From assembly GCA_965285935.1 (NCBI GenBank), contig OZ260661.1, positions 107,074,001 to 107,138,000 of the forward strand: DNA of 64,000 bases, written 5' to 3'. Positions 1 through 12,019 of the stretch are shown here, in pieces. The translations under genes were made by a program, and so were the position numbers. Source of the DNA: Ophelia neglecta. Taxonomy: Eukaryota. The notes below the pieces were generated by a model. The model did not search any database and had not been told where the DNA came from. It saw only the letters and a list, made by a program, of their open reading frames with translations. How positions within the stretch are numbered: position 1 is the first letter of the stretch; the number at the start of each line of letters is the position of its first letter.

Positions 1-3000
1 TGGTAGCATCGGAGTTGTTATTTGTTTAAAGTTTTCCGCACTCAGCGTATTTTCACAACACATCTGACTGAAATGTCTGCCTGTAATTGTTTCCAATCAA
101 TCCGCGATGGACAGGTTGTACACGTGCTGTTTGTTTATTTAGATATGGTGCTTTACCAGAGTGTCAAAACTCCACGAGCTGGTCTACAACTGCCAGTCGC
201 CACCTGGGACGCTGGCCTGCTCATTGCTTTCTGCTTCGCCCTAGAAGGCGGGTTAAACTGGCCAGTGCTCTCCGCCAGGATTGACGACCTAGGCAGACAA
301 ATAAATACCCACCGAGTGCTATAAAAACAGTTAGTTCTGGCAATCGGTTCTCAAGTCTCGTTCGAGCACTAGACTTCATAATTCTTTGCCAATGGCACTT
401 GGTAAATCGTATAGTCTTGATTTTTCTCCATGAAAACTGGATAAAATAGGCTGAAACCGCAAGGCGTAACGCATACATTCGTACTGATAATATATGCAAA
501 ATACTTTCCACAAAACACGACTTCTTTTTGAAGTTCCATCGCTAATGAATGGTAATACACAATCGGCCACTTCTTTAAAGCTGTTGAGTGAAGTGCTGAC
601 TATCTGCTGGCACCTTTACCATTGGATACTAAACCGGAACACCTCGGACCTCGGTGCCCCAGTCGGAAAACTTCGGGCGGAGCACCTCGGCTAGAGCACC
701 GAGAAGCTCCGTGGGAGCAAACCCGGTCGCTCGTTCGGAGCACATGGTCGGTGCAGCGTTATCACAAAAATATTGAGCTGGTTTGTATTCTATGACCACG
801 ATATCCACAACAGATGTACCTTTCTATCCGTGTTTTTCTTAACAGTGCATTCAATTCCATTATAGCACTTTATACCAACTGACCGACCATTTATTGTGAA
901 TACATCTATGTGCGAACTTAATAAATGTCTGCAATTAAACGACATATCGATACATGCATGCCTATAGATATGTGTGATATCGCTGTGAGGCTGCGTGGTA
1001 GCTTTTAAGTAAAACCGGATCAGCGTTGACAGAGTTAACTGGAATTTACTGGAATTTACTTCATGTACAGAAACAAATTTCATAGTCATGATTCTTAAAA
1101 TCACAACCAGATGACTGAATCAGTGAGAGTGCCTTCATGTAAAGAGACGTCTAAAATCCAAAGCTTATATTTAGCATGTGTCACTAACGGTTAATGCTTC
1201 AGGTCACCTAACTCTGTATTATTTTATGATATCATAAGTAGATGTATGTTTTTTATTTCCTAAAATCGTATCTCAAATAAGAAGAAACTGTATTTTACAT
1301 TTCTCCAAAGCTATGTTTCTTCTGGTTGGCGAAATGGTATCATATCGTCAGTCGAGTAACGGACACAGATTTATAAAATGTGATAATTTTATGATAGATG
1401 ACCACCACAGATGATATCCGAGAGTTTTAAGTGATGACATGGGAGTTTCCATGTCACTCTTCCAGCCATATCGGGATACAGCGGTCCCAGGCGGTACCCT
1501 CATTTTACCCTAGGGCCGGGTTAAAAGGTCAAGTGGGTTATTGACCTTTAACCCTCCGAAACCAATCATCCGACCCCCCACGACCTTACCCACACAACCC
1601 CGGACTAGGCGTGACAAATCAAACAAGAAATAAATGATCTAGGAAGAGTTTCTCTATATATTTACAATGCATGAACTGAATAGGTTAAATGGTAGGCCTA
1701 GACACGACCAGAATTAGGACTTTTACTAAACATCCGGTTCCGTTTTTCAGAATATATACCTAGTTTACATGATTAGCCTCTGTGATGTACATTATAAATA
1801 GGCCTTATCGTTTTCTTGTATCTCTACATTGAGCAATTAAATACTAAATTTACTGAATTGATTCCCAAACTTATTATAGGAATGAAATTCTCACCAAAAT
1901 CATATAGTGATAATCATACCTAATTGTTTATAGGCTATTCTAAAGGTGTTAAGTTGTGAATCAGCTTGAAATTCGTATAATTGGTTATATAGTTGAGATA
2001 TATTAGCACGCACGTTCGACATTCAACATATTTTTAGATAAACACCTTTTGAGTTAAGTAAATAGCTTATATCATTGTATAAATTTTAAATTACAAAGTT
2101 TGGGAAACATTGGACCAATAAAGGTAGTAGTAGTAGACGACGGTTTCAAACGTCCATTCCTTAAGAGACTGTTGTACCTGTAAATAGCACTGGAGTCAAG
2201 AAACGGAATTACACCAGCTAACTAGGTCTGAATTATAGGAACAAAATCTCATAAGGTATTTAAAGCGGTATAGGATTGTATATACATATACAGTAGCTTT
2301 ACTGAGAAGTAGAGTTGGTGTTAAATAGTCAGAATGCATTGCGTTTGTCGTAGTTTTTAGTGCTGGTTAGCTCGAAAGCGTGGTACTCATATCAGTAATT
2401 TAGCCACACCAATGTCCTTGCCTTTATCGGACAAGGTGTCAGAAGCTACAGAAACCAATGTTAAAAGTATCAAAATCCGCTTGTACTATATTCATACATC
2501 TCCTTTGTCAACACAAGTATATCAGCTCTACAAGATACCAGCTATGACAAATTGGCCTTGTCATGAACAGGTAGGCCTTCGGTAAGCTCATTAGGCCTGA
2601 ACATTCAATCAGGTGTTGGCTGTTTATTTGTGTGATTGTTATCATCCAATTCACCTCAATTGGGTCGTTATCATTATCATCAATGACTCCAGATCTATTC
2701 ATTTTTGTTCTTTTATTATCTTAAGTTTATGAACGTTAAAGATGTTTATCCCACGAGGGTCAAAATACAACTTGACAACTCTGTACGTAAAGAGTCTCCT
2801 TGATAGAAGAACAATGTAACAAGTTTTGTTATAAAAACTTATCAATGAACTTTTTTGTTGAATCTAGGTGTTAATATGTGATTTTATACAATGTATATTA
2901 TACTATTAAACGAATATCATGGTTACCTTAACGTTGGTGAAAGATGAAATAGTTTAGATAATCATTTGCACTCTTTTAGCCTCTTAAAGTTATTATGATA

Positions 3001-5523
3001 TTAACTGTTGTGAAACTTTTTTGAAACTGAATTTTAGCAATATATTAATCTTTTAACATTGACTAGATGCATATCGTAATGGGTCTAGACAGCTGATGAG
3101 GCGGATGTGTCTCGGTCGCTGGTTTTAAGTTCACAAATCTGATATACTAGAGCTATCAATGAGAGCTGATAGGTCTTCTAGCGGGGAGGAAATCAGGTAC
3201 GAGATACGCACCAAGTAGCCATCGCACTGGGCTTATCACCCCAGATATCAACACCCTCAGTGCAAATTACCGATAATCACCTCTATATGTTCTGTCGCTC
3301 GGGGAGTATTCTGGCTGCTATCACTAGGCAGGGTATAATATGCCTGAAGCGGGACTGTTTCTAATGAAAATCACGCTACCATATCAAACAGTCTCTCGTT
3401 ATAATAACCCTGCCCAGGGGATATGATGTGAAGCACGAATAAACTGTAGAAATCATCTTCCCAAATCTAATAACTCTTTCAACTCAATCATTTTAGTTAT
3501 GAAACCCTTGTACGTGATTACATCAAGGTGCAAAATTAACCACCGAGGTGAAGCTATCATATATTTGAGGCGCTGTCTGGTAACTATTCAAGTGAACAAC
3601 TGTTTCAATCTGAGATGAAAACCACGCAAGTTGCTCGCTGTTTGAAGCCAGTACATCACCAGCTTACCTTGGTGTTTTGGTCTCTCGGACGGCCCGAAAT
3701 AACAGCCCGGCCCACATTACAGCAGGTAAGCTTTTTCACTGCACAACTATTCCTTTGAGCGTCACTCCGACCATAAAAACACATCTTCGAGCATTGGTTG
3801 CAAATTTCAACCGGCAAAAAATACACCAGCTAGGTTATATCTTTGTCAGATCAGAGCTCGTACTGTGAACGTGGACTTCAAAACACGCAGTATATGGAAG
3901 ACATGATCAATAGCATTCATATTAATTGATATAAGATGGCGTATAACTTGTACAGTCTTCAATTTCTGTTAAATTTCATATAATTGCCATAGCTTGAAAA
4001 ACCCGTGGTGCACCTAAGAACGCTAATGACTTATTCTTTAAAATTATGAAGGCCTAAAAAGAATGAAGAAAACTTTACAAACTTGATACATTTAAAATAA
4101 TTAAATGTTAGGCCTAACTGACATATAGGCCTAGCATTTTAGATTTCTAAATGCTGCATCAAACCGATTATTGATTATACGCACGAACAATGGACAGTCG
4201 CTAATAAACTTAAACATGCATATTAAATGGTAAATAAAACGAATATTAGTCTTTTCCGAGCACAGGATGACTTAAATCGCCGGGAAATATAAAATAGCTT
4301 AAATTTACCTATACTATATATAACTGTTAAAGTATGAGCAGAGATAAAATGAACCAGTACGATAGATGCCATGGCTCGTATCTCGGTGAAGACACATTCT
4401 GTATACTGAACATTTAATGTTGATAGAAGCTATGATCATTGATGACTGTAAGGCGAGGATTGATGGTCGGAGCAGGATGCCCCGAGTCGCCGGGGTGGCG
4501 GCTCCCCTGACATAGCAGGTTGCCACCTTGGCCCAGCCAGAGATCTACCATCGCCCTAGTGTGAAGAATTCATTGTGCTCCTAGAGGAATCTGGAATCAG
4601 TTGTTGACATATTTTGAGCAGCAATAAAATCAAAGAGTCCCGGAGCTTGAGGGATGGAGGCCGACATCATGGCCAAGGCATCTGTGCGTTAAAAGAGTGG
4701 GTCAGTTCTTTCTCTGGTTTCCACTGAGCTCAGACCGCTGGTCACCACAAGCATGAAATTCCAAGTGAAGAAACAAATTTCAAGAATCTGATTGATATGA
4801 TTCCAGGGCTTTCTGTGTTAGCTATACAAGACTAGTACAGGTCAGAAAAAATAACTTCCCTTACAGGTATTCATAGGTTCAACAGTCCTATAACACAATG
4901 GTTTTACAGAGTGGATTAATAGGGCCTACGTGTAGTGGCCAACTGCAGAACCACAACAAGAAATTCCCCTCGCTATTATTTCAATAATGAGCAGTGTACG
5001 ACATCGGATAAATTAATCATTTGTGTTTCCTAGGCTGCTCGTCGTTAAGAAGTGAGTCATTGCAAAAAACAACAAAAATTTCATGCGTGGACCAAACTCG
5101 GCTCATTTCTCGTAAAGACTTTGGACGCGTGTCATGTATAAAACTTTGTATTGTCAACTAATGGAATTCGTGTCAAAAACCCGCCTAGCAAGATATTCTC
5201 TGTCAACTGTGACAGTGGCAGTTTTAAAGAGGACAACACGGCTTTAATTGTTCTCGTTCACTTAAGACCACTTTTGAAATAATTATCTGGCATGCATTAT
5301 AGTCAGTCTGTGTTAGTTAAAGCCTCGTTTTAGAGTTTATGTATGAATGGTAATCATTTTGACAACACAGTCGTTTTGTCTAGGTATGCATACAAAAAAC
5401 CATGTCCTTCGGCTGGAAAAACGCTTATTATTATCGCAAAAAGTCACAAAATGGGCTACGGTTCTCACTAGCTTTCGCACGTGTATAAATGCCAAGCTGA
5501 ACTAAAAACCGAACTATACTCAC

Positions 5524-5718
5524 ATATATACTGTAGAATGAATCTTCGTAGAATGTGATGGGTATTTGTAAGTCGAAAGCCGATGAGCTGATATCGTCCC
5601 CTGGCTGTAGTCGGCTATCTCCCACCTCCTCGCCGAATGGGTACAGGCTCTCCCTGGGCAAGGAGGACACGAGGAAAACGACACAAAGTCCCACCAACAA
5701 TGTGAATAACGACCGCAT
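5524..5718 (-). CDS. nid: Nidogen/entactin, coding exon 1 (signal peptide plus start of G1/NIDO region); gene continues off the left edge
   Basis: ATG at 5718 gives 65 codons, MRSLFTLLVGLCVVFLVSS-LPRESLYPFGEEVGDSRLQPGDDISSSAFDLQIPITFYEDSFYSIY, then a phase-0 GTGAGT donor at 5523. The hydrophobic signal peptide is followed directly by a close match to the mature N-terminus of vertebrate NID1 as I recall it (LSRQELFPFG..GD..L..GDD..S....L.....FY......VY). Other NIDO-domain proteins are not fully excluded. Confidence 0.85.
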
Positions 5719-8700
5719 GATGAGCAAGGGTCTGTAGTTTGCGGTAAATCGGCGTATCCTGAGTGGTGTGCCCCTTAGTCGGACACTGAGATGAGTTGGG
5801 CTTGTTGTGTGTCCTCTCGCGCGCACCTCACCCGTATCTCAGGACTCGGCTGAGGCGCCGCGCTCGGTGAGCCCGTCTTGGGACGGCTTTGTCGGGAACA
5901 GCGAATAGGATTACGAGATGGGCGATAAGAAGGGAACAAGGCTTGATATATACATGGTACACATTATGTTCTGACAGAATACCGGGACTAGGGGGTTAGA
6001 TGTGACCTAGTAAAATATGTATAGGGACATTGAGGACTAGGCAAAAAGTACCCTCAAAAAGCACTTAAATACATTTGTTATCTATAATTGATATTGTGTT
6101 GAACGGTAACACATTTGATTATATTCATTAAGCTGTATAAAGAGGCCTTGGGTCAGCTTGGGCTAACATAAAAAAGATACCAGCCAATGTGGAAACATGC
6201 CAATAGGACTGCTATTTTACAATGGAAGCAGTACCAATGTGCAGTTTACAAAGACTACGATTAAAAACATCCGTGCTTGTACAAAAAGGAATTGAGAAGG
6301 CAATAATTGCGTGCATGTATTTTTATGAAGTACGTTGCCTACTATCAAGATGCTAGTCAATGATTAAAGCTGGGCCTGCTCGCTCAAATCCCTAGCTAAG
6401 GGAGTGTTCATTATTTTCATGAATGGGAGGGGCAGGCGTCCGGCTGGATGACTCTGATTGATTAATAAACTCCTCCCACCAACCTCTCTTCAAAGCGGTA
6501 AACGGTCGGTCAAAGCCTTATGACACCCTCTTCCCTTATTGAAACGCTGATAAATTAAGCGTGCTGTATGAAGTGAGCTTGACCTAGAGGAACCATGATT
6601 GAGTCTGTGTCCGGGTTGAGTTATAGATAACTAATGGAGCGTAATATGTCAAAAAAATAAATAAATAAGCACTAGATGTGCACGGTTTACATCTGAGAAA
6701 CTGCTCCTAAGACAAAAATGTAATGTTTACATTATTTGGAAATTCTGAACCTTTTAAGGGAGAATCCTCTTATTTTTCTGTATTTATAATTGCAGTAAAA
6801 TGCTATGAAAAGTGTATACTTAGTTTTACCATCATATTTCCATCAAGTGCCAGAGTTGGCGTTTTTCACACTACTTGCAAAATTGTAAAATCATATCAAG
6901 GAAGGAATGTTTTATTAGCTGAAGTACATCAGTCATACATGATTAATAGCCTCTGGTCAAGTTCTTCATGATAATTCGTACTGTTCTCTAATGTCCAAAT
7001 GCGCAAAGGCCACATGGAAATAAGTTTTCGACCAAAATTTCTTCACTAACAATGCTCTTTCTCTGTGTTTAAATTATACCATCAAGTTTGTGCTTATTTA
7101 TATAGTAGACTTACATGGCAAAGTATAAAAATGATCTAGCGCCAGCTAATTTGACTTGTGACAAGTCGGCAACACCTTAATAGATAAATACATAATGAAA
7201 CTTGCCAAGCGGTGTTATATTGTAAAGTATGGATTTCAGTGTCGTCTGGGAGTTGTCTATCCGGTCGGGGGTATTCCGTAGCATATCTTTGATATCTTCC
7301 CTCCCTAGCTATTCCGCAAATTTCGGAGCGCAGAATTAGTTAGGCCTAATGTGCGAAGCAAAATATGTGGAGTTTAGCGCGGAAAAAAAATCAAGAGGTA
7401 AGGGTCCAGAATATGAACTCCGAGTCCATTAAAATACAGAAAGCTAACGGGGATTGCAATACATATAGTTAATCAAAGGATTCTGAAGTCACATATATTG
7501 AACCGCTCCCCCAACGGAGTACATCTACAACCGAGCAGGCAACATTCCCCCTAAGGCACCCCGATCCCCTCTCAACGAAATAAACGAACATTCCCTAAAC
7601 AAACTTTGCCAATACGCTCCATCTGATTTAACCGAACGTTTTTACGGATAGGCTGATTGATGAAAAGTGGCAGACTGATTGGTTAGTGGCCGCAATGGGC
7701 GCCAGGAAACAGGCTGCTTACAAAATCGATGAATTCTCCTCGGTCCGTAGAGGCGATTTATCTGAGACCTTTCGGGGGAATGGGCGCCCTTTTCGCGAGC
7801 TGATTGATTTGCCACCCGGTAAAGGACCACAAATGACGTGATAATCGTGACCCAAACTAGCTGAGAAAGAAACGGAACACCATGTCTGATAATCTATACT
7901 TTGGGGTTATAAAATGAAGGTTTAAAGCGATAAAACTTAGTTCAGTGTCGATAATTACGGACATTCAAGACCACTCCACAAAAATTAAGAATGTATATAG
8001 GCCAGGGGAATACAGGTGAAAGGCTTGTATATTTCTATAAATATCTATAGGCTATTGTGTTTAATAAAAACGTCGATGATTAATGAGACAAAGTGTATAT
8101 ATTAACATTGTACACACAAATTACAAACCTAGGGTAAGACATTTTTGAAGTTGTAACTAAGAACAGTCGAGATGTAACTCTTCAAATGATTAACTATATC
8201 CTTATCCTTTGACGCCTGATCCCAAGTCGACCAAAGAAGATAACTGTGCTTAGGAAGAGGATACAAATTAAACTTATCTGTGTTCTTTATCTCTCTTGTT
8301 CAGCTTTGCTTTAAATAATGTCCATATGGTCTCCTGGAAAGATTACACGACTTCCTCATTGATTCCCCTCCAGGAGCGGAGTCGAGAATTTAGGAGACAG
8401 TGGTCAGCAACACCCTCCCATTGTGCTGAATTTGTATTCTAAATTAAGGTGTGTTCATATTGAGTAAAGTCCCCCCCCCCCCCCCGTCTGTTGGTGATTA
8501 ATATTATCAACACCGGAGGTGTGAATTATAAAAGTTCCTGATAATTGCAGCTAATTCGGAACACAAATACACACACCTTCCTTCGTGTCTGAACCCCGTT
8601 TTGCCAGGTCTTAGCTATCTCTAGGCATACGTTAAACGCTAAACAGCTGATGACCCAATTCTGTCAATTGGCATCAGTGTCCAAGCATAAGTATAAGGTG

Positions 8701-9279
8701 GGACACCTTAATTCATTCGAAGATTATAGTGATATGGTGAAATACCTTCTCATCATCATCATCATATTATTATCATTATAGCCATACAACACATTTTTCC
8801 TATTTAAAAGGCAGTTTTAGGCAAACATTACCTTGTTAAATGAGAAATGTAATTTCTATTCTTCGTGGATCGAATTCAATCATTTCAAGTCCCTATCCTT
8901 AGGCCTATGGGTTCTCAAGAGGTCAAATTCCCAGCCAATGGATGGCATAACGCGCTATGACGTATTGAAAATTGTGCCGAGTGTCTGTTTCCGGTTACAT
9001 ATACTAACAATGAAACTTGCCATAAGCACTACCGCGTATTTTGAAGGAATATAATCAAACCATTTTATTTGACTCTACAATTCCAAAATTTATGATCGTA
9101 CCTCAAATACGTAATTAATGGCATCCATTTCAAAGCCTTTCATAATTATGATTAACGTTACATTATTTGAGGACGGTGGAGCAATATCTATTAATATTCT
9201 GATCTACCAAGGACATCATCTTGACAAATTTTAATTAATTCCCAAAACAAAGTATGATACCATGGACAGTTAGGATTAC

Positions 9280-9482
9280 CAGTGGCGGATTCAGGGGAGG
9301 GGCAGGGGGCCCGCCCACCCCCCCCCCCCTTTTGCCAAAAAGTGGGCCCAGACCAGGGCCTATTTCTGTACCCACGCAAGGTGGTTTCAGAGGGTTGGTT
9401 ACAAGGACACTCCAGAAATTTGCCTTGACAGCCTTGGAAAATCCCCCCCCCCCCACTTTCTGAAATCCTGGATCCGCCACTA
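9280..9482. mobile_element. MITE, 203 bp, 16-bp TIRs and 5-bp TSD (hAT-like CAG terminus)
   Basis: Left TIR CAGTGGCGGATTCAGG (9280-9295) and right CCTGGATCCGCCACTA (9467-9482) are 14/16 complementary. ATTAC is duplicated at 9275-9279 and 9483-9487. GC-rich interior with C runs. Confidence 0.8.
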
Positions 9483-9556
9483 ATTACTGACAATTATCAT
9501 AAATACGTTACGCATGTTTAGTTGTCTGCGTGTGAATTCTTGCTTGGTCATAATTA

Positions 9557-9626
9557 TGACGTCACAAAGCTAAGGGTTTGTAGTATGGAAAAAGGCGCAA
9601 GGCAGCCCCTTTTTTGCTGAGCCAAT
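9557..9626 (+). promoter_or_regulatory. Proximal promoter motifs of the RING gene (CRE and CCAAT box)
   Basis: Perfect TGACGTCA at 9557-9564 and AGCCAAT at about 9620-9626, within 100 nt of the ATG. Confidence 0.4.
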
Positions 9627-9650
9627 TAATGTGTAGAATATTAATCGGCT

Positions 9651-9882
9651 ATGCATTGTGACATTTGTAAAGTGGGAGAAAGCAAATACACTTTGGGGTG
9701 TTTCGTTCACGTTGCTTGCACATCGTGTTGGAAGGCATACAATGAGCAAAATGAGGACACAATTCTTATTTGTCCTATTTGCTTTCCCGAACACGATGTG
9801 ATGTTTATTGACCGTCGGCAGGTAGACAAAACTTCTACTGAAAATCACAGGAAAGAACCAGAGGACATATCCGTGGTCAGCG
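9651..9882 (+). CDS. RING-finger (C3HC4) protein, exon 1
   Basis: MHCDICKVGESKYTLGCFVHVACTSCWKAYNEQNEDTILICPICF has the spacing C-x2-C-x10-C-x2-H-x2-C-x2-C-x14-C-x2-C, with Trp just after the 6th ligand. An in-frame TAA at 9642 fixes the start. Phase-1 donor G|GTAGGT at 9883. Confidence 0.85.
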
Positions 9883-10098
9883 GTAGGTCAAGGCATTTGA
9901 CTTAGGCTAATAACACACTTAACATAATATTATCTAACTATTCAAGTTATTTTACTAATTTTTATCTCATCGATGTACATGCATTTTATGTCAACAGGAA
10001 GGCAACTCTGCTGATTATTATTCATTGCGCTGACGACATAAATAAATAATGTATTCCATAAGCAATTGACAGTCAATGGATTTATTTCTTTCCTACAG

Positions 10099-10926
10099 TT
10101 GGATCGTCTGCAGAAGACTTGACAGGCTACAATGAAGAAATCGAAATATTACTTAAGGATGCAGAAATGACGCCTGAAAAGTTCAGAAGACCTGACTACC
10201 GACATTACCTCAACAATGCGTGCCGGAATGACCATATGGTCGGCACTAGTGCACTCCCTCACCCTACTGAAACAGCAGCCATTAACCATCCTCCAGAACC
10301 AGGGAATTCCTCAGGTATTAGCACCACATATCCTGCTACGATTTCCGATAATGGATCTAGATCTTATCCAATAGGAAGTAAGGACAAAGTATTCAAAGGT
10401 ATGTTTCTTGTTGATGACGTGAATGCTTGGATGACAGAAATGCCTCGTGATTTTATTCCGGAAAATGCTGGTGTCAGACAAGAAGGCAGTTTTGATCACC
10501 ATTCTCCTAACATCCCCGACGTGGCTTCAGGGAACTCCGCAGAGTCTAGAATGAATGATTCAAATACGAGTTTTCACGAACACCTTGCTCTGGATCATGG
10601 AGACTGTCCACTTCACGATTTGGTAGATAATGTTAGTCTAACGTCGAACGATAGCCGGATGTTAACAGAGTACGGCATTCTAAGCGAGGACGAGCGAACA
10701 GAACCATTTAAAAGGCCTCCTGATCAACATCCGTCGTTTGATTTTGAAAAAGATGTGATGTGTAACGACAAAATCAGCATGTTTCGCTCAACGGTGAGCG
10801 GCGCTGCCAACCCGAGTCCACCGCAATCTTTGCCCGGCAACAGCTCAGGGCTTCTGGAAGACATTGCCAGTGACCACAAATTTGATCACCTCCCCCGTCC
10901 TTCGCCGCACTCAGCAGAACATAAAG
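10099..10926 (+). CDS. RING-finger protein, exon 2 (828 nt, Ser/Pro/Asp/His-rich, probably disordered)
   Basis: Acceptor TTTATTTCTTTCCTACAG ends at 10098. The phase-1 join G+TT continues in the frame of the 281-aa ORF 10119-10964. Donor AAG|GTAAAT at 10927, phase 1. Confidence 0.85.
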
Positions 10927-11278
10927 GTAAATTTATGTATTGTTTGGTATATTTTGGTAAGTAGTAATTATTGGTTTTGTGAAAGACTAAGGTCTAAATG
11001 AGATCAAAAGCACAATCAACAAATCAAAATTATCGGTACATTTGAGTCATTTCTCCCTGAAACTAAGACTATTGATCAAGAAATGTGTGGTAAGTCCGTG
11101 TAAGTTCGCACGCAAGTTTTTATATTTTATGTGATTTCTTAACGAATCACTTATAATTATTTATTGGCGATAGAGAGGAGATCGGATGAAACTTTCAGTC
11201 CCCTGAACATTTTAATCCGTTTCGAGTCTGTTTAAGGAATTTCTGAAATAATTTGTACTGGTTATTTTTTGTTTTAAG

Positions 11279-11290
11279 GTGAAAGCCGAG
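11279..11290 (+). CDS. Candidate 12-nt phase-1/phase-1 microexon of the RING gene (adds GESR)
   Basis: TTTTTTGTTTTAAG|GTGAAAGCCGAG|GTAAAC: pyrimidine tract plus AG, 12 nt, then GAG|GTAA donor. Frame-preserving and stop-free between exons 2 and 3. No transcript evidence. Confidence 0.4.
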
Positions 11291-12019
11291 GTAAACTTTT
11301 TGTAAAAAGTCAAAATCCGGTTATAATTGAAATTGACAAGATATAAGGATATGAGGTGTTACGTATTTTGTTTTCTTTTGGAATTTTATACATTATTGAA
11401 TAACGGTTTTTAAAGTTCACTCTAAGATGAACTTCGAGTCGATCTCACGTCATACAATACGCAGAAGTCCAGTATAGTCGTTAGCAGCATGGGGGACAGG
11501 TTCACACATCTATGGCTGTCAGTACGCCCACGATTTTGTAACCTGTATATTGAAATTTATGAAATAGCACTTATTTATTAGCGCTTACATGCATGGATCT
11601 GCTGATCTTCAATTGATAATTTTTTAAATTATGGTTGGATGGAAGAAATTCGCTCCCCCTATTTTTTTAAGCCGTTTTATTTACTCTATTAATGGCGCGA
11701 ATTGTGGCTGTACACTCTAACACGTTTTAAGTGAGATTTTTGGTCAGCACATTATGGCTTTAAGAAGTATCCAAGGATCAACTGGTAGCTATTTGGCTGT
11801 TTTGCTGTTTCGTTCACATGAATGTTGCGTGAACTTATCCGAGGGCAAATACCGTATTTTTAGTGACTTGACTTGTTCTTATAAGAGCATGCACGGAGGC
11901 ACCCTAGCTATTATTAGGCCTAGTAATTCATCAAGGATATTAATCTATGCAATGCTCATATAAACGTAAATTTGCCTTTTTAATCTTGCATTCATCAAAA
12001 CATGTTTTTCTTATATTAG

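Noticed and set aside
3093-3120. Hammerhead ribozyme cores (CTGATGA at about 3093 and 8647, reverse at about 49341; CTGACGA at about 53986)
   Set aside because: None has the required GAAA after stem II with compatible stems I and III; they are simple hairpins or chance matches.
1-5520. Nidogen exon 2 (expected to start VN.NG)
   Set aside because: Minus-strand AG|GTNAAY candidates near 1546, 2655 and 4308 do not continue as NIDO sequence; exon 2 probably lies outside the window.
9191-9493. Gly/Pro-rich ORFs here, and ORFs at 16704-17027, 18932-19383, 46022-46446 and 59787-60132
   Set aside because: These are translations of MITE or minisatellite sequence, not genes.
9651-9790. Assignment of the RING protein to RNF212/HEI10/Zip3 or TRIM families
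   Set aside because: The extreme N-terminal RING is similar, but there is no following coiled coil or B-box and the CGH motif is absent.
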